The position numbers and the translations under genes are program-made. This document shows positions 35,201 through 47,327 of a stretch of DNA of 64,000 bases, one piece after another. Positions within the stretch are counted from its first letter, which is position 1. Every line of letters starts with the position of its first letter. The notes beneath the pieces were generated by a model. It did not search any database. It was not told the origin of the DNA and saw only the letters and a list, made by a program, of their open reading frames with translations. Origin of the DNA: Owenia fusiformis (lineage: Eukaryota); the NCBI GenBank assembly GCA_903813345.2, contig CAIIXF020000001.1, positions 46,376,001 through 46,440,000 on the forward strand. The letters run 5' to 3'.

Positions 35201-38200
35201 GTCAACAGGAAGTCACCTACTAAGGACTGAATAAATCGGGCAATCTAATTGGATCATAAGAACGGCGGGAAAAAGTAAAGTTTTCAAAAGTTAGATTTGT
35301 GTCGTCCGGATCCGCCGGTGGATTCTGGCGGTAATTTTGAATGGGCGGACGCGGTCGCCGGTGGTCTGCTAAAGGTTAAAGCAGGGCACATTTTTTTGAC
35401 ACACTGCCTTTCATTCTGTCATTGGAAAAATGATGGGCATTTATGTACTGTCTATTAAGAAAACCGCTTGTCCGTTCGACTTAATATGAGATTAGTGCCA
35501 ACAACTGTTAAGGTTCTGGACGTGCTAGGTTAATTACATGGTGACGAGTGAAAGTACTTGAAGTATGACACATTGTCTCAATTTCAATAAGTCACCCATT
35601 TTTTATATGTGTAATTTTAAACCTTTTTTTGTAAATCAGAATTCAGAAAATAAGAAATATATTGGACCATCAGGCATATGGCTTATTTGATCATATGCAG
35701 TATGTTTTTATTAAGAGTTAGATTGTCAATGTTCCCTACTGATGAGCTTCATCACAGTTTCACTCCTTGCTTCTTGTATTTCACTCCTTGCATCTTGTAT
35801 TTCACTCCTTGCATCTTGTATTTCAGTTATAGCGCTTCATGGGGATCGGTTCAAGAGTCACCCTTTCAGGTTAAAGCTGAAGAATGGTGACTATATCATG
35901 GTGGAAACAGAATGGTCCAGCTTCTCCAACCCTTGGACCAAACATATCGAGTTCATCCTCGGACAGCACACTGTCATCCAGTAAGTAATTTAGTATTTCA
36001 GTAAGAGAGTCATATCAGACGAATATAAACAAGGGTCTGTTTTAGAATTAAATGCTATTCTTAAAGTAATTGGATCTTCTCTGATCCATGTTGATGTCTA
36101 AAGTAGCTTGTTAAAAGTATTTGAATATAGTCCTACCTATCCATCAATATGTATTTTCCTTTGTAATGTCAGAGAATCAAGAACTGAGGGGGGAATCTAG
36201 CAAACCTTGGCTTGGTGCAAGACAAGCTTGGATAATACATATACATGTCAAGTTTCAAAAAAGTGGAGATATTTTTAATATTATAATACACGTTCTGGTA
36301 TCAGTTTTGATATGTCTGACACTGTTGTATACTTGTTCAAAGGATCTCATATTTGTATATGCTTGTTTTAAAGGGGACCTAAGAATATCAATGTATTTGA
36401 GGACCAAGGTCTGGATTGTAAACCATTCAGTATGAATAAAGAACAGAGCCTGGAAAATGTTAAAATTCAGCAACAGATAAAGAACCTCCTCCAAAAGGTA
36501 AATATCTACATGATATCTGTGTTTTTGTTTTTATTTTTTTTATATTGATAAATGAAGTTGTTTAATAGCTCTCTTTACAAATGCCCTGATAAGAAAGGAT
36601 ATGAAGCTCAACTCTCTTATGATCTGCCATATACTGTATAAGTGGTAATTTTGCCTAATCATTTAATTTGCCTATTTCCTAATTTTTGCCTGGTTCGGAA
36701 GATTAAATGTAGGAAATATTGTCTTTATAATGTTATCCAATGGGAGGTTTCATCTCATTAGGAAAATTAAAATTAGGAAAATGATGAAATTTGACCATTC
36801 GGAAAATTAACCACTCAGATTAAATACCACCTTTACAGTATGTGACATTATGACCTCATACACATTTATGTTTAATGGTCATTTGTTCTTATGTACTTTT
36901 AGCCTCTGACTTCTTGCCCTGCCCCAAAGGACTCAAAAGTGAAATTCTCTGAAGATGTACAGTCTAAAACTGAAGGTATGCTCAATACATATAATATAAC
37001 ATATATATTAGTTATCTATTTCATATTTTAATACATAAGCTACCCCATCGGTCTAATTCCAATCCAATTTGCCTATAATAAGGAAATCATGAAAATAATA
37101 AACAAAACAAAATGGACTGTTCACGAAAAACATTTGCGTTGTAGTAATGTTTTATATTGAGTGAAATAGTATGCAGAGTATTTAAGTATACAGTATAGGG
37201 GAATGAGGAAATGTATCAAGTAAAATAAATCATCGCCCTGTATACATATCTTAAATAGACAAAGAATCAATCAGAAGAAGAGGATTGGTCACTTGATTGT
37301 TTAGAGAAACTTTGATTGATTCATGGTTCTGTTCCAGAAGATGAAGGTAGGGGAGGAAGTCTAGAAACCCTAGTCTACAATAATAGTGAGAAACTATCTG
37401 AATCTACTTCATCTGCTAGACCAGACCTGCAAACGCACTTTGCCTACAAGCAGCTGAACTATGTGCAAATGATACGTCAGTTCCTCATCAGCTGCTCAAA
37501 AGCAAGCTCCAGTGCAAGCTCCCAGAAAAATAGCAGCGTTTCTCCAGATGATCTTACTGGTAAGCAATGTGCATCAGTATTGCTGTTTATGTTTTTAACT
37601 TTGGAACTTTGACCTCATTAGTGTTTTTTGGTTTTCTGAATTATGATGCTCTTAAGGGACTTTGCTTGAGGTTCTTCAAATGTCTTGCACCCAAAGTTTT
37701 TATGACTTGAACCTCACACTTTGTAACTTTATATATATTATGAATCTTGATGTCTTAACCCATCCACATAATTCCCTTTTCCCACATAATTCCCTTGTAC
37801 AATAACTCAAAAATGATGTAGCTTTCTTATGACACTTTGGCTAGTAAGCTACTCTTTTTGAAAAATGGTGGCCATTTTTATGTTTGTTATCTTACAATTT
37901 TTGCTATAACTGAAAAAGAGTGGAGGGATTTTGTAAAAATGGCAGCCATAGTTGTTTGGTGGGATTTGCTACACCTTGGCATTGTTGTTATCTAGTTTTT
38001 TATGTCATGTTAATGCTGTATATTTATAATGTACTTTTTAGATGAAAGTGAAGATCTACCTGATGACTTGACAAGTATTATCCCAATTCCTAAGCCTCCT
38101 AGCTTTGGTAGTCGCAGTAGTACAAAGGTAATGTTATTTCTGATATTTCTCGAATATTAACAATTTTTTGTCATTAACATTTTTCAAATTTAGTTATCTG

Positions 38201-41200
38201 AGATTATTAGTAGCGAATAACACAACTTTGAAAAGTGCATGTAATTTCGTGCTTTTTGGATATTGGCTCATCTCCATTAGATACGGAAAATGTGATTAAA
38301 ATATTTAGAAATGCAGAATTCATTTGGATTTAGATAAATAATAAAAATGTATTTGTCTCTAATCTTGAGATATATTTTTGGTTTTAACTGTTTCAGGCAC
38401 TTGTATCAGAATACGACCAGCCAGAGCTTGAGCTAATTGACCCAAGTCCTCAGTTTGAGGAGAAACAACAGAATGCAAGCTATAAGCCAGTGTCTCTTAC
38501 ATCAGAGATGTTAGACATCCACACACGTATGCAGGAACGCCAGTACCTGCACAGCTTGAAAAAAGATAAGCAAATGATAGGTTTTGTGCCATCTTCAGAC
38601 ATAGATGGCAGAAACCAGGATATCCCTGGGCAGCGATTTAAACGACCGCACGCTCCCTATTCCCAGGGGAGTCGTAAGAAGCAGAAGATCCGTAGTGGTA
38701 ATTCAAGTGGGTCTGACCAAATGATGGACCAGGTGCTACCAAAATCAACCTTCAAGTCGAGGCTGAAGAGTAAGGCTGGCAAAGCATGGAAGAAATTGTC
38801 TTCTTCAAAGGAGGGATTATCTGAATCCAATTCAGTGAGTCTCCACACTTCAAGTGTCGTCACCACCTCTGGATATAACAGCAAAGGGACCCCCTCATTA
38901 CCAAATAGCCAAAATCAGAGGGAGACAAAAACTGCTTTCCCAATATCTGTAATACAGCAGCAGCATAGCTCCAATATAACATGGCCTTGCTATCCCCAAA
39001 GTGGTAAGTGATCAATGAAAAACATTTTTGAAAAATGAAAAATGGAGCTCTGGTTCTGTAAGTCCATCTTAATATTCTGATAATGGACATTTCATTAATG
39101 ATGTAGTACCTCTCATCAAAAGTAAACAGAAATAAAAATAAGGATATATTTATACATATATGTCTCAATTACAAGAAATATCTCAATTACAAGAAACAAA
39201 TATAAGTACATGTATCGGTTTAATATTTTCAGGGCTGTCTTTCATGCCTCAAATTATAAATGGATTCTACCATCCGACTACAGGCTATTTCCAACCGATT
39301 GTTTCCCAGTACAATCAGGGCCTTAATCCTTCAACATACTCAACATCTAGTTTCACAAGTAGCTGTTTAACTATTCCATTGAGTGTAAGTCATATATTAT
39401 ATTTTTATATAGTGGCCACATATTGAAAAATAGCTGCGTATCTATTTTGAGTGTAAGTCCTATATTAGATATTTTTCAATTGATAATTAGTTTATTGATG
39501 GTTCCTTTTGTTTTTGGATTTATATTTGCATATAACAGTCATAATATTCACAAAATCGAATGATGTTCATCGAAACCAACTAATAATATGTATTTGTTTT
39601 ATTCAGGCTGGAAGAGTGGCAACATGCGCTCAGAAAGGCTCAGCAGAGACAGCTAGTGATGGAGAAGGAAGTCCCAGTAAAACAAGTAACGATGAAATGA
39701 ATTCATCTCAACAAGATACAACATCATCGATAAATTATCTTCTAGACAGCAGCATGGGTTATAGTTCAGAGTGTGACACTCTCATCAATGAGGGGGTAAG
39801 ACCCGTTTTCATATTAACTTAATAACTTTATTACTTCAATTCCCATATTTTTTCCTGTAAAAATTATTGAAAGACACACTGGTCTTTTGCAACAGCCATG
39901 TCTAATTTTCCACTCTGCAAAACAAAAAAACTTATTTAATTCTTTTTAGAGTTTGCATGATATGTTTCAAACAGCAGTCATTGAGCTAATTAACACCTTA
40001 GTGAATCCTTATGTTAGATCACCACATCTCTTAACCTCTTGACTACCTGAGGTGACAAGAAAATCTGTCACATATATCTTTTCACTAAAATTGCTCTTAT
40101 TTGATCAATTTTCATCCAATTTACACAAAAAGTTGTTTCAAAAGAAAGAAATGATCTCTGCCATCTAATTTTACTAAGTTAAGCACCTAAAGTTGTATAG
40201 GTATGTAGTTAAATGGTGGCAAAAATTGAAAAATTTCTGGTTTCAACCAATTTTAGAGCCGGGGATTCAAGAGGTTAAACAAGAACTTAATGCCTTCATC
40301 TTGAATGACCATTGCAGAGGATATTTCTCTGATATTCAGATAGTAGTATTATATTTACAACTAAGTTCATCTCTCAAAAGATTACTTTTGTTTTAGAAAA
40401 AGAATAAGAAAAAGATTCAAGAACTGCTGCCTAGTAAGCCATTCTGGATGATGGCGGCCAATTGGACAAAGGATTGTGAGTTTAAATATCAGATGCCGCA
40501 TGGTACATCGCTACTGATGGAGAACAAGAGGAAACTACGCCATATGAACCAAGAGGAGCTCTTACTGGACCAACTGAAAGAAGTTACATTAGAGATCACG
40601 AACTCCAGTACAGCTCCTGTGGTTAGTGCCTTTACCGTATTTGTTCTAATAACCACACAATGCGTCTTCCAAATTCTCATGGAGGATATGTCTCAAATTG
40701 AAAAATCCTCAGGGATTTTAAACGGTACATATATATATGGGCAATTATAGGGTATTTCATGATTTTCCTCTTTGAAACTGAACTCGCTCCAACTAGATAA
40801 CATAGTGTCATACGTCATTGTTTTTCTCATGCATTTATTGATCGGCTGAATATCTTTCGTGAGTTAATCCACTTACATTATGTCAAAATCAATGAAAATG
40901 TTGACTCTCCTGTTTCTTCGAGCAGACTGCCATTTTGGAAACTATGATGATACCCGAGTCAAAATCTAAAGGCTTTCTGTCACCGACTTCTTCATAGTTA
41001 TTTATATTCATATAGAACTACTACACATGTATCAAGGAATGAATGTTTGTTTGTGTGGGAAGGATGGAGAAATATTTCTGGATCGGAAACTCCCATGATG
41101 CACTTTGAGTTTCAAATTGTGACTGAGATCGCTTTGATCAGAATTAACGTTCATTATAGCTTTTAACTCATCATTTTATAGTTTTAAGTTCTGGAGACAC

Positions 41201-42947
41201 GTCTGTAACAGCATTGTGCACAGAAACAGCTCAATTGATATCGAATTATTGAAATGATTCAAAGCTTATTTTGGCTTTTGGAGCAAATTATAGATTACCA
41301 GATAGTGGTAGTGAAGCAATGGAGTAATAATCTACAGTAAAACCTATACTACAGTGAACACCTATGGAGCCAAAATATGTTCACCATAGGTAGGTGTGCA
41401 CTACGGAGAGGCAATTTTATACTGAACTCAGTGAAGTGTGTGCTGAGAAGAGGCTTTCATGAGAGAAAGGTGTTCACTAAGACAGGTTTTACTGTATACA
41501 TGTATATTTAGAAACTGATATACAAGACATATGAATATTGTAACATTGTGTTTTTCAGGATGAGGAGGCTGATGATCTGTTCTATCTATTTGAAGATGAC
41601 GAGGCTCCATTTGGAAATGGTCCTGAAAGCACATCACAACTCTCAAACAGTGACCTCCCAGATAGCATTAGGAATGATAACATTGACAACAGATCCCAAT
41701 CTGAGCCTAAGCACCTAGAAAGTGAACTAAATGACAGTATTAAAGCTAATGAATCAGACTTGAACAACATTAATGTGGATACTGACAAAATAGCGAACAG
41801 TGATACTGGTAAAGAAAATGAAAATCTGGGTCATAATGATGAACCCATGAATATTCAAGAAGAAAAAACAAAGGACTTGATAACAGCCCCTGTCCAAATC
41901 AAGTTAGAAACAGTTAGCAGTCCGGAGACGGTAAAATCAGAGAGCACAAATGATGGAAACATAAATGATGATTTACTGTCTCCTGATAAAGCTAAGACAG
42001 ATGTTGGCAATGAAACTATTGAAATTATTGAAAAGCAAGAGATGTTACTGGAAAAAGAAGTCAGTGTAAGCGATACAGGGTCTCACGAAGGCTCCAATGA
42101 GGTGTGTTCAGTAAACAGTGACAATCGTGGGGATAACAGCTCAAACTCAGGTATCCAGAGTATATCAGTATGTAGTAGCACTATTACCCCAAGCGATGGT
42201 CAAAGTTTTGAAGAAGCGCAAAGTTCTAACAAAGAATCCGATGGTTCAAATTCGAGTAAAGGGGACGAATCCCCTATCCCTGACCAAGGACAATCTGCTT
42301 CAGGTGCCACAGAAGGAAAGTTCCCACAGACCAAATTTCTACCATATAATGCATTATTTGTTTCAAATCCTACAATTTATCTTGAATATGATACCCCCTC
42401 TAACATACCAGGTGTAGTAAAGAGAGGCAGACCCATTTGGGAGGAGGTAGGGGAACCAATGGACGAGAGAGTCGGTCTCCGCTACCAAATGACTCCACCC
42501 TCAAATATTGAAGCTGTTTTGGAGTCCGATAAAATGAAGCTAGAGATGTTTAAGCATTCAGACATGATACAGCAGCAAATACATTGTGTGCTGAAAGAAG
42601 CAAGGGCAGATATGAGACAGAAAATGAAAAAGAAAAAGCATAAATCAAATCGTGTTGATGCTGTGGACAATGAGAATGAGAAGAATGTGGATGAGAATGA
42701 AATGCTCCAAGAACAAGAACAGAGTGGAGGTCTACTCCATATGGATCAGGATAAGACTAGCTCATCCTCTGGTTCTGTTTGTGAACATGAGATGATGGGT
42801 CAGAATGACAAAAACTTTGACAGTTCATCGTCTGATTCCATATGTCAGGATACCTCTATGGGGGAGACATTTGAGCTCCTTTTCTCTTCTAACAGTCCTA
42901 CCGGATCAGCTATGGAGCTAGAAATGACCAAAACAGATTCAGTGTAG
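29228..42947 (+). CDS. per: Period circadian protein homolog, 17 coding exons, ~1402 aa
   Basis: Exons 29228-29292, 30701-30766, 31227-31390, 32436-32518, 32845-33092, 33846-34100, 34500-34606, 35827-35980, 36374-36497, 36903-36975, 37338-37559, 38042-38127, 38397-39003, 39233-39384, 39607-39795, 40397-40621, 41559-42947; GT-AG, phases consistent, 4209 nt. Motifs EPSTSGCSSE, KELK...TLSALKY, PAS-B FSTRH...IPLLGFLPQDL...YHPDD, PAC WSSFSNPWTKHIEFILGQHTV, GP.N..VF, CK1-binding YKQLNY...FL.SC and LTSEMLDIHT...E, Period_C PFW...YQMP. Confidence 0.93.
29451..29911 (-). mobile_element. 5'-truncated L1/Tx1-like LINE in per coding intron 1
   Basis: Minus strand translates DLRTIILG...LLNTIFCIYKRYIYLCKCKNV*PTFVGFK...KW (ORF2 C-terminus, one internal stop); poly(A) tail seen as a T-run at 29447-29459; TSD AGTTTTTTGAAATTTT at 29435-29450 and 29912-29927. 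Confidence 0.8.
30802..31005 (+). mobile_element. Tc1/mariner-type MITE, copy 1 (per intron 2)
   Basis: TGTATAAGTGGTA...ATCACTTATACAG; homologous over ~205 bp to 36634-36838. Confidence 0.75.
31804..32295 (-). mobile_element. 5'-truncated non-LTR retrotransposon (RTE/RTEX-like) in per intron 3
   Basis: Minus strand encodes the C-terminal CCHC finger ERLCNICGILEDEQHFIMIC...LAKFIY, then 3'UTR, AATAAA and a (TA)n tail; flanked by a 90-bp direct repeat at 31714-31803 and 32296-32385. Confidence 0.85.
33510..33758. mobile_element. Sola-like MITE (GAG...CTC termini, AATT TSD)
   Basis: AATT|GAGCCTGGCCATAGGAAAA...TTTTCCTGTGGCCTGGCTC|AATT. Confidence 0.75.
35758..35826 (+). repeat. 21-bp tandem repeat x3 forming the polypyrimidine tract of per exon 8
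   Basis: (TTTCACTCCTTGC[A/T]TCTTGTA)x3 followed by the TTTCAG acceptor. Confidence 0.9.
36634..36838 (+). mobile_element. Tc1/mariner-type MITE, copy 2 (per intron 9)
   Basis: TA|CTGTATAAGTGGTA...TACCACCTTTACAG|TA. Confidence 0.8.
40035..40274. mobile_element. piggyBac-like MITE (CC...GG, TTAA TSD)
   Basis: TTAA|CCTCTTGA...TCAAGAGG|TTAA; a related right end occurs at ~47590-47603. Confidence 0.7.
41335..41494. mobile_element. Tc1/mariner (Tigger/pogo-like) MITE, TA TSD
   Basis: TA|CAGTAAAACCT...AGTGAACACC and GGTGTTCACT...AGGTTTTACTG|TA; degenerate relatives near 15620-15668 and 53276-53440. Confidence 0.75.
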
Positions 42948-45615
42948 ATGTAGAGTTTAAGTAATCTTCTTAAACTTTTTTAAAAAGGCTGGAAGGATAT
43001 ACAATGACATGTCTGTCCACTTGAATTGTTGAAGGTCGGATGTGTGGCAAACTCTTTCACCCTTGAAAATGGACAAAGAATATATCTTTGAATTTAAGTG
43101 GCTAGAACCACATTAAATGTTGTTTCTTGTATAAGTATCATCTCTGTGTCTGCGCATTTGTTTTGTCATGAATGCAATATTATCAATCCGTGTGTGTTCA
43201 AGCTTGTGTAATGGATTGATGCCCATTTCGATTTTTAGTTTGGATCAATTTATTATCAGAGCTGATAAACATGATAAAGGTTGACCAATTTAAAGGAACA
43301 TGAAATGTAGATAAATAATATCCAAGCACTTACTGGTAACTTCAAAATGATCGAGCCTAAAACAGTGATTTAAGGTCAGGCAAATGTTGGGTAGGTACTT
43401 GGTAGATTATTCAATTTTCCTGTCTAACTGGTAGTTTATTTAAATGAAAGGGGTAGTGCCTAGAGGTGTAGAGGGAAATGATTTATTGACATAACACAAA
43501 ATGTTATACAAATATTGAATGGTGTGGAGTGTATATATTTCTGAGGGTGCATCCAACGATGCCTGGAGGGCGAGTAGAATACATCCCTCACAGAAGTATA
43601 AACAGATATTAAACGATCACATCATTCAGTATTTGTTTTATCATTTCCCCATTATCCACAGGTAGTACATGATATTTATAAGAGGTTTAGTTTCAACCAT
43701 GGACTAATTCTTATCACATTTGCAGATATTCTGTTGAAAATCACGACTTACATCAGAGCCAATGGATAAAAATTAGATTCGAATATTTCATATAAAATTC
43801 TGTTAACGCCTTCATGTTTTGAATTGAGTTATTGATTTTTGTGCACATTACAAGGATCATAATAATCTTTCCTAACCATCCATTATTAAAATCTTTATTT
43901 TTTAGTAATCTTATGTTTATTTCTGTCTGATATGAAGTCCAAGATATACAAAAAATAAATTAATGGATACTTAATTATTTTCCCAGGGATTTGATTTGTG
44001 GCTTCAAAAGCGTTGAATATGGCCTGGTATTCATTGATGAATAAGTCTTTTTAAGCATGTGGATGGAATACCGCTATTTATTTTTAGTCACATGGTACCT
44101 GATTGACCAATGAGAGAACAAGTATCACCGCATGGAAATAATAAAATGTTGTATTTAGTGTTTTTGTTGTATCCTGTACATGCTTAACATCAAAGCACTG
44201 ATTATTATATTTTAAACACATCATATTCAGTAACACTATATATCACACAATATTTTGTTCGATTTCTAATGTCTGGTTATTTTAGATAGTCCAAAAGCAT
44301 TGAGAAAGCACTTTCTGCTGTGGAAACTGATTTCATTGACCCATCTGGACTAGATTTCGAGTTGTCGCTAAAAGTCCTAAACAAAAGATGGAGATTGTAT
44401 TACATGTATTTGGAAAATCTGTACCTTATGACAAAAATGTAATCCTGCTTTTATGATTAAAAAAATGAGGGTCTACCATAGAAAAAGTTCATTTCCACAG
44501 TTAATGATGCTTTCTGAGTTTCAAAAGAGATCATCGAGCTCAAATTTATTTTTAATTTATTTTGAAGTGCAACAACAAATTGAACAATATTTTGATGTAA
44601 CTCTTTTGTTCTATTTAAATCATTAGTAGTATTATTATACAAACTTACTTTTCCAAAATATCAGCATTGTTTTAAATACTAAATATTAAAGTTTCAAGGA
44701 ACACTATGCTTTATATGGTGGTGCTGTACAGCAAAAAAATGTATGTAATTAAAGTCTGTCCTTCCATTTAAAAGCAATTGTGGGTAGTTCCGAGGTAGGC
44801 TACAAGTAATATTATTTTTAGCTACAATGAGGGAATATACAATGATGAATAAATAGTGGAATGTTGTGTACAAATACTCACGATAAAGGTGTCATTATGA
44901 GAATTCATTCGTTTGCTCACCATTGGTCGTCAGCATGCGATTTGTCAAAGATTTTTTTGGTTCAGAATATCACATGACTAATAAATTACAACGTTTAAAA
45001 TGATTCATTTTCAATTACTCCTGCAAAATTTATATAGAATGACCAACGATGCTCTATTGGAAGGATCCTCACGTATGATGCGGCTGACTGTGGTTTGATT
45101 CCTCGTTCAACATTTTTGTTGTTACTTTAAGTCTATGTAATGCAGAAAAAATTAACAGGCCTAACCACATTGATTAAAAATCATTTATAATCTCGACAGT
45201 TGTATGAAAATGTAATAATATATGTCCAAATATTGCGTTTTGATGGAAGGTCAGGCTTTAAACAGGTTTAAGCGTTTAAACAATATTATGTAGAGAAGAT
45301 ATGGAGTGAATCCTGAGGGTTTAAGTATGGGATTTATCCAAGGAATAAACCTACATGTCCCTGATGGATTGAGGAGATGTGTATAATTTCAAGAGGGGCA
45401 AATCCTATATCTAAAAAATAGTGTAACTCATACTTGGAAGGAATGTTATGGATGATGTCTGAAACTATGTTGCTATTTTTCATTCAGTCCATTTGCTTAT
45501 AATCTGCCATTGTATTAAGTGGTAGATATAGAATATGTCCATCCTTCTCTTCAGATATCACACATATTCTTGGGAGTTATCTAATCCAAACCGTTCCAAG
45601 TATGAGATAGTTATA

Positions 45616-45842
45616 CAGGGTGTTTCATAATATCCCATCCAAAGCCAATCCTATATTACATGGCCTCGTAATCTATATATCATATTCATGTTTATTATCC
45701 CACCAAATGATGTTCTAGAAGGAATGTTGAGAAGGTGTTTGTCCCGGGTTTGTCCGTTTGCTTTCATATGATGTATAACATATGGGGGTATGCCATCTGG
45801 GATTGGCAATTCATAAAGGGGCGGTCATTACGAAACACCGAG
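45616..45842. mobile_element. Degenerate Tc1/mariner-type MITE
   Basis: TA|CAGGGTGTTTCATAAT...ATTACGAAACACCGAG|TA. Confidence 0.55.
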
Positions 45843-45928
45843 TAGAGATGCATGGTGCAGAATTGTTAAATATTGATAAATAAATGTATGGAATGCTACA
45901 TGCTGCTTTATGTTGAGTGAAAAATGTG

Positions 45929-47327
45929 AACCATTTGAAACCAGCGTATGTTTTAACCTATTTGAAACATTGTTCCATGTTAACTCATTTGAAACCAGTG
46001 TATGTTAACCCATTTGGAACTGTTTTATGTTAACTTATTTGAAACCATTCTATGTTAACTCATTTGAAAATGTTCTATGTTAACTCATTTAAAACCATTC
46101 TGTGTTAACTCATTTGAAACTGTTCTGTGTTAACTCATTTGAAACCGTTCTATGATAACCCATTTGAAACTGTCCTATGTTAACTCATTTGAAACCAGTC
46201 TATGTTAACCCATTTGAAACCATTCCATGTTAACTCATTTGGAACCAGTCTATGTTAACCCATTTGAAACCGTTCTATGTTAACCCATTTGAAACCATTC
46301 TATATTGTTAACCCATTTGAAACCGTTCTATGTTAACTCATTTGAAACCATTCTATGTTAACTCATTTGAAACTGTTCTATGTTAACCCATTTGAAACCA
46401 TTCCATGTTAACTCATTTGGAACCAGTCTATGTTAACCCATTTGAAACCGTTCTATGTTAACTCATTTGAAACCATTCTATGTTAACTCATTTGGAACCA
46501 GTCTATGTTAACCCATTTGAAACCGTTCTATGTTAACCCATTTGAAACCATTCTATGTTAACCCATTTGAAACCATTCCATGTTAACTCATTTGGAACCA
46601 GTCTATGTTAACCCATTTGAAACTGTTCTATGTTAACCCATTTGAAACCATTCCATGTTAACTCATTTGGAACCAGTCTATGTTAACCCATTTGAAACCA
46701 TTCCATGTTAACTCATTTGAAACTGTTCTATGTTAACCCATTTGAAACCGTTCTATGTTAACTCATTTGAAACCATTCTATGTTAACTCATTTGAAACTG
46801 TTCTATGTTAACCCATTTGAAACCATTCCATGTTAACTCATTTGGAACCAGTCTATGTTAACCCATTTGAAACCGTTCTATGTTAACTCATTTGAAACCA
46901 TTCTATGTTAACTCATTTGGAACCAGTCTATGTTAACCCATTTGAAACCGTTCTATGTTAACCCATTTGAAACCATTCTATATTGTTAACCCATTTGAAA
47001 CCGTTCTATGTTAACTCATTTGAAACCATTCTATGTTAACTCATTTGAAACTGTTCTATGTTAACCCATTTGAAACCATTCCATGTTAACTCATTTGGAA
47101 CCAGTCTATGTTAACCCATTTGAAACCGTTCTATGTTAACTCATTTGAAACCATTCTATGTTAACTCATTTGGAACCAGTCTATGTTAACCCATTTGAAA
47201 CCGTTCTATGTTAACCCATTTGAAACCATTCTATGTTAACCCATTTGAAACCGTTCTATGTTAACTCATTTGAAACCATTCTATGTTAACTCATTTGAAA
47301 CTGTTCTCTGTTAACTTATTTGAAACA
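45929..47327. repeat. ~1.4-kb minisatellite, 25-bp unit (CATTTGAAACCRTTCTATGTTAACY), ~55 copies
   Basis: Direct tandem units with 26-bp (GGAACCAGTC) and 28-bp (TATATTG) variants; degenerate edges. Confidence 0.97.

Noticed and set aside
34820..35530. GC-richer island in per intron 7 as a defined transposon or ncRNA
   Set aside because: Probably TE-derived, but no convincing TIR, TSD or second copy is visible
45929..47327. CRISPR-like regular array
   Set aside because: Contiguous units without unique spacers, no cas genes, eukaryotic context; it is a minisatellite
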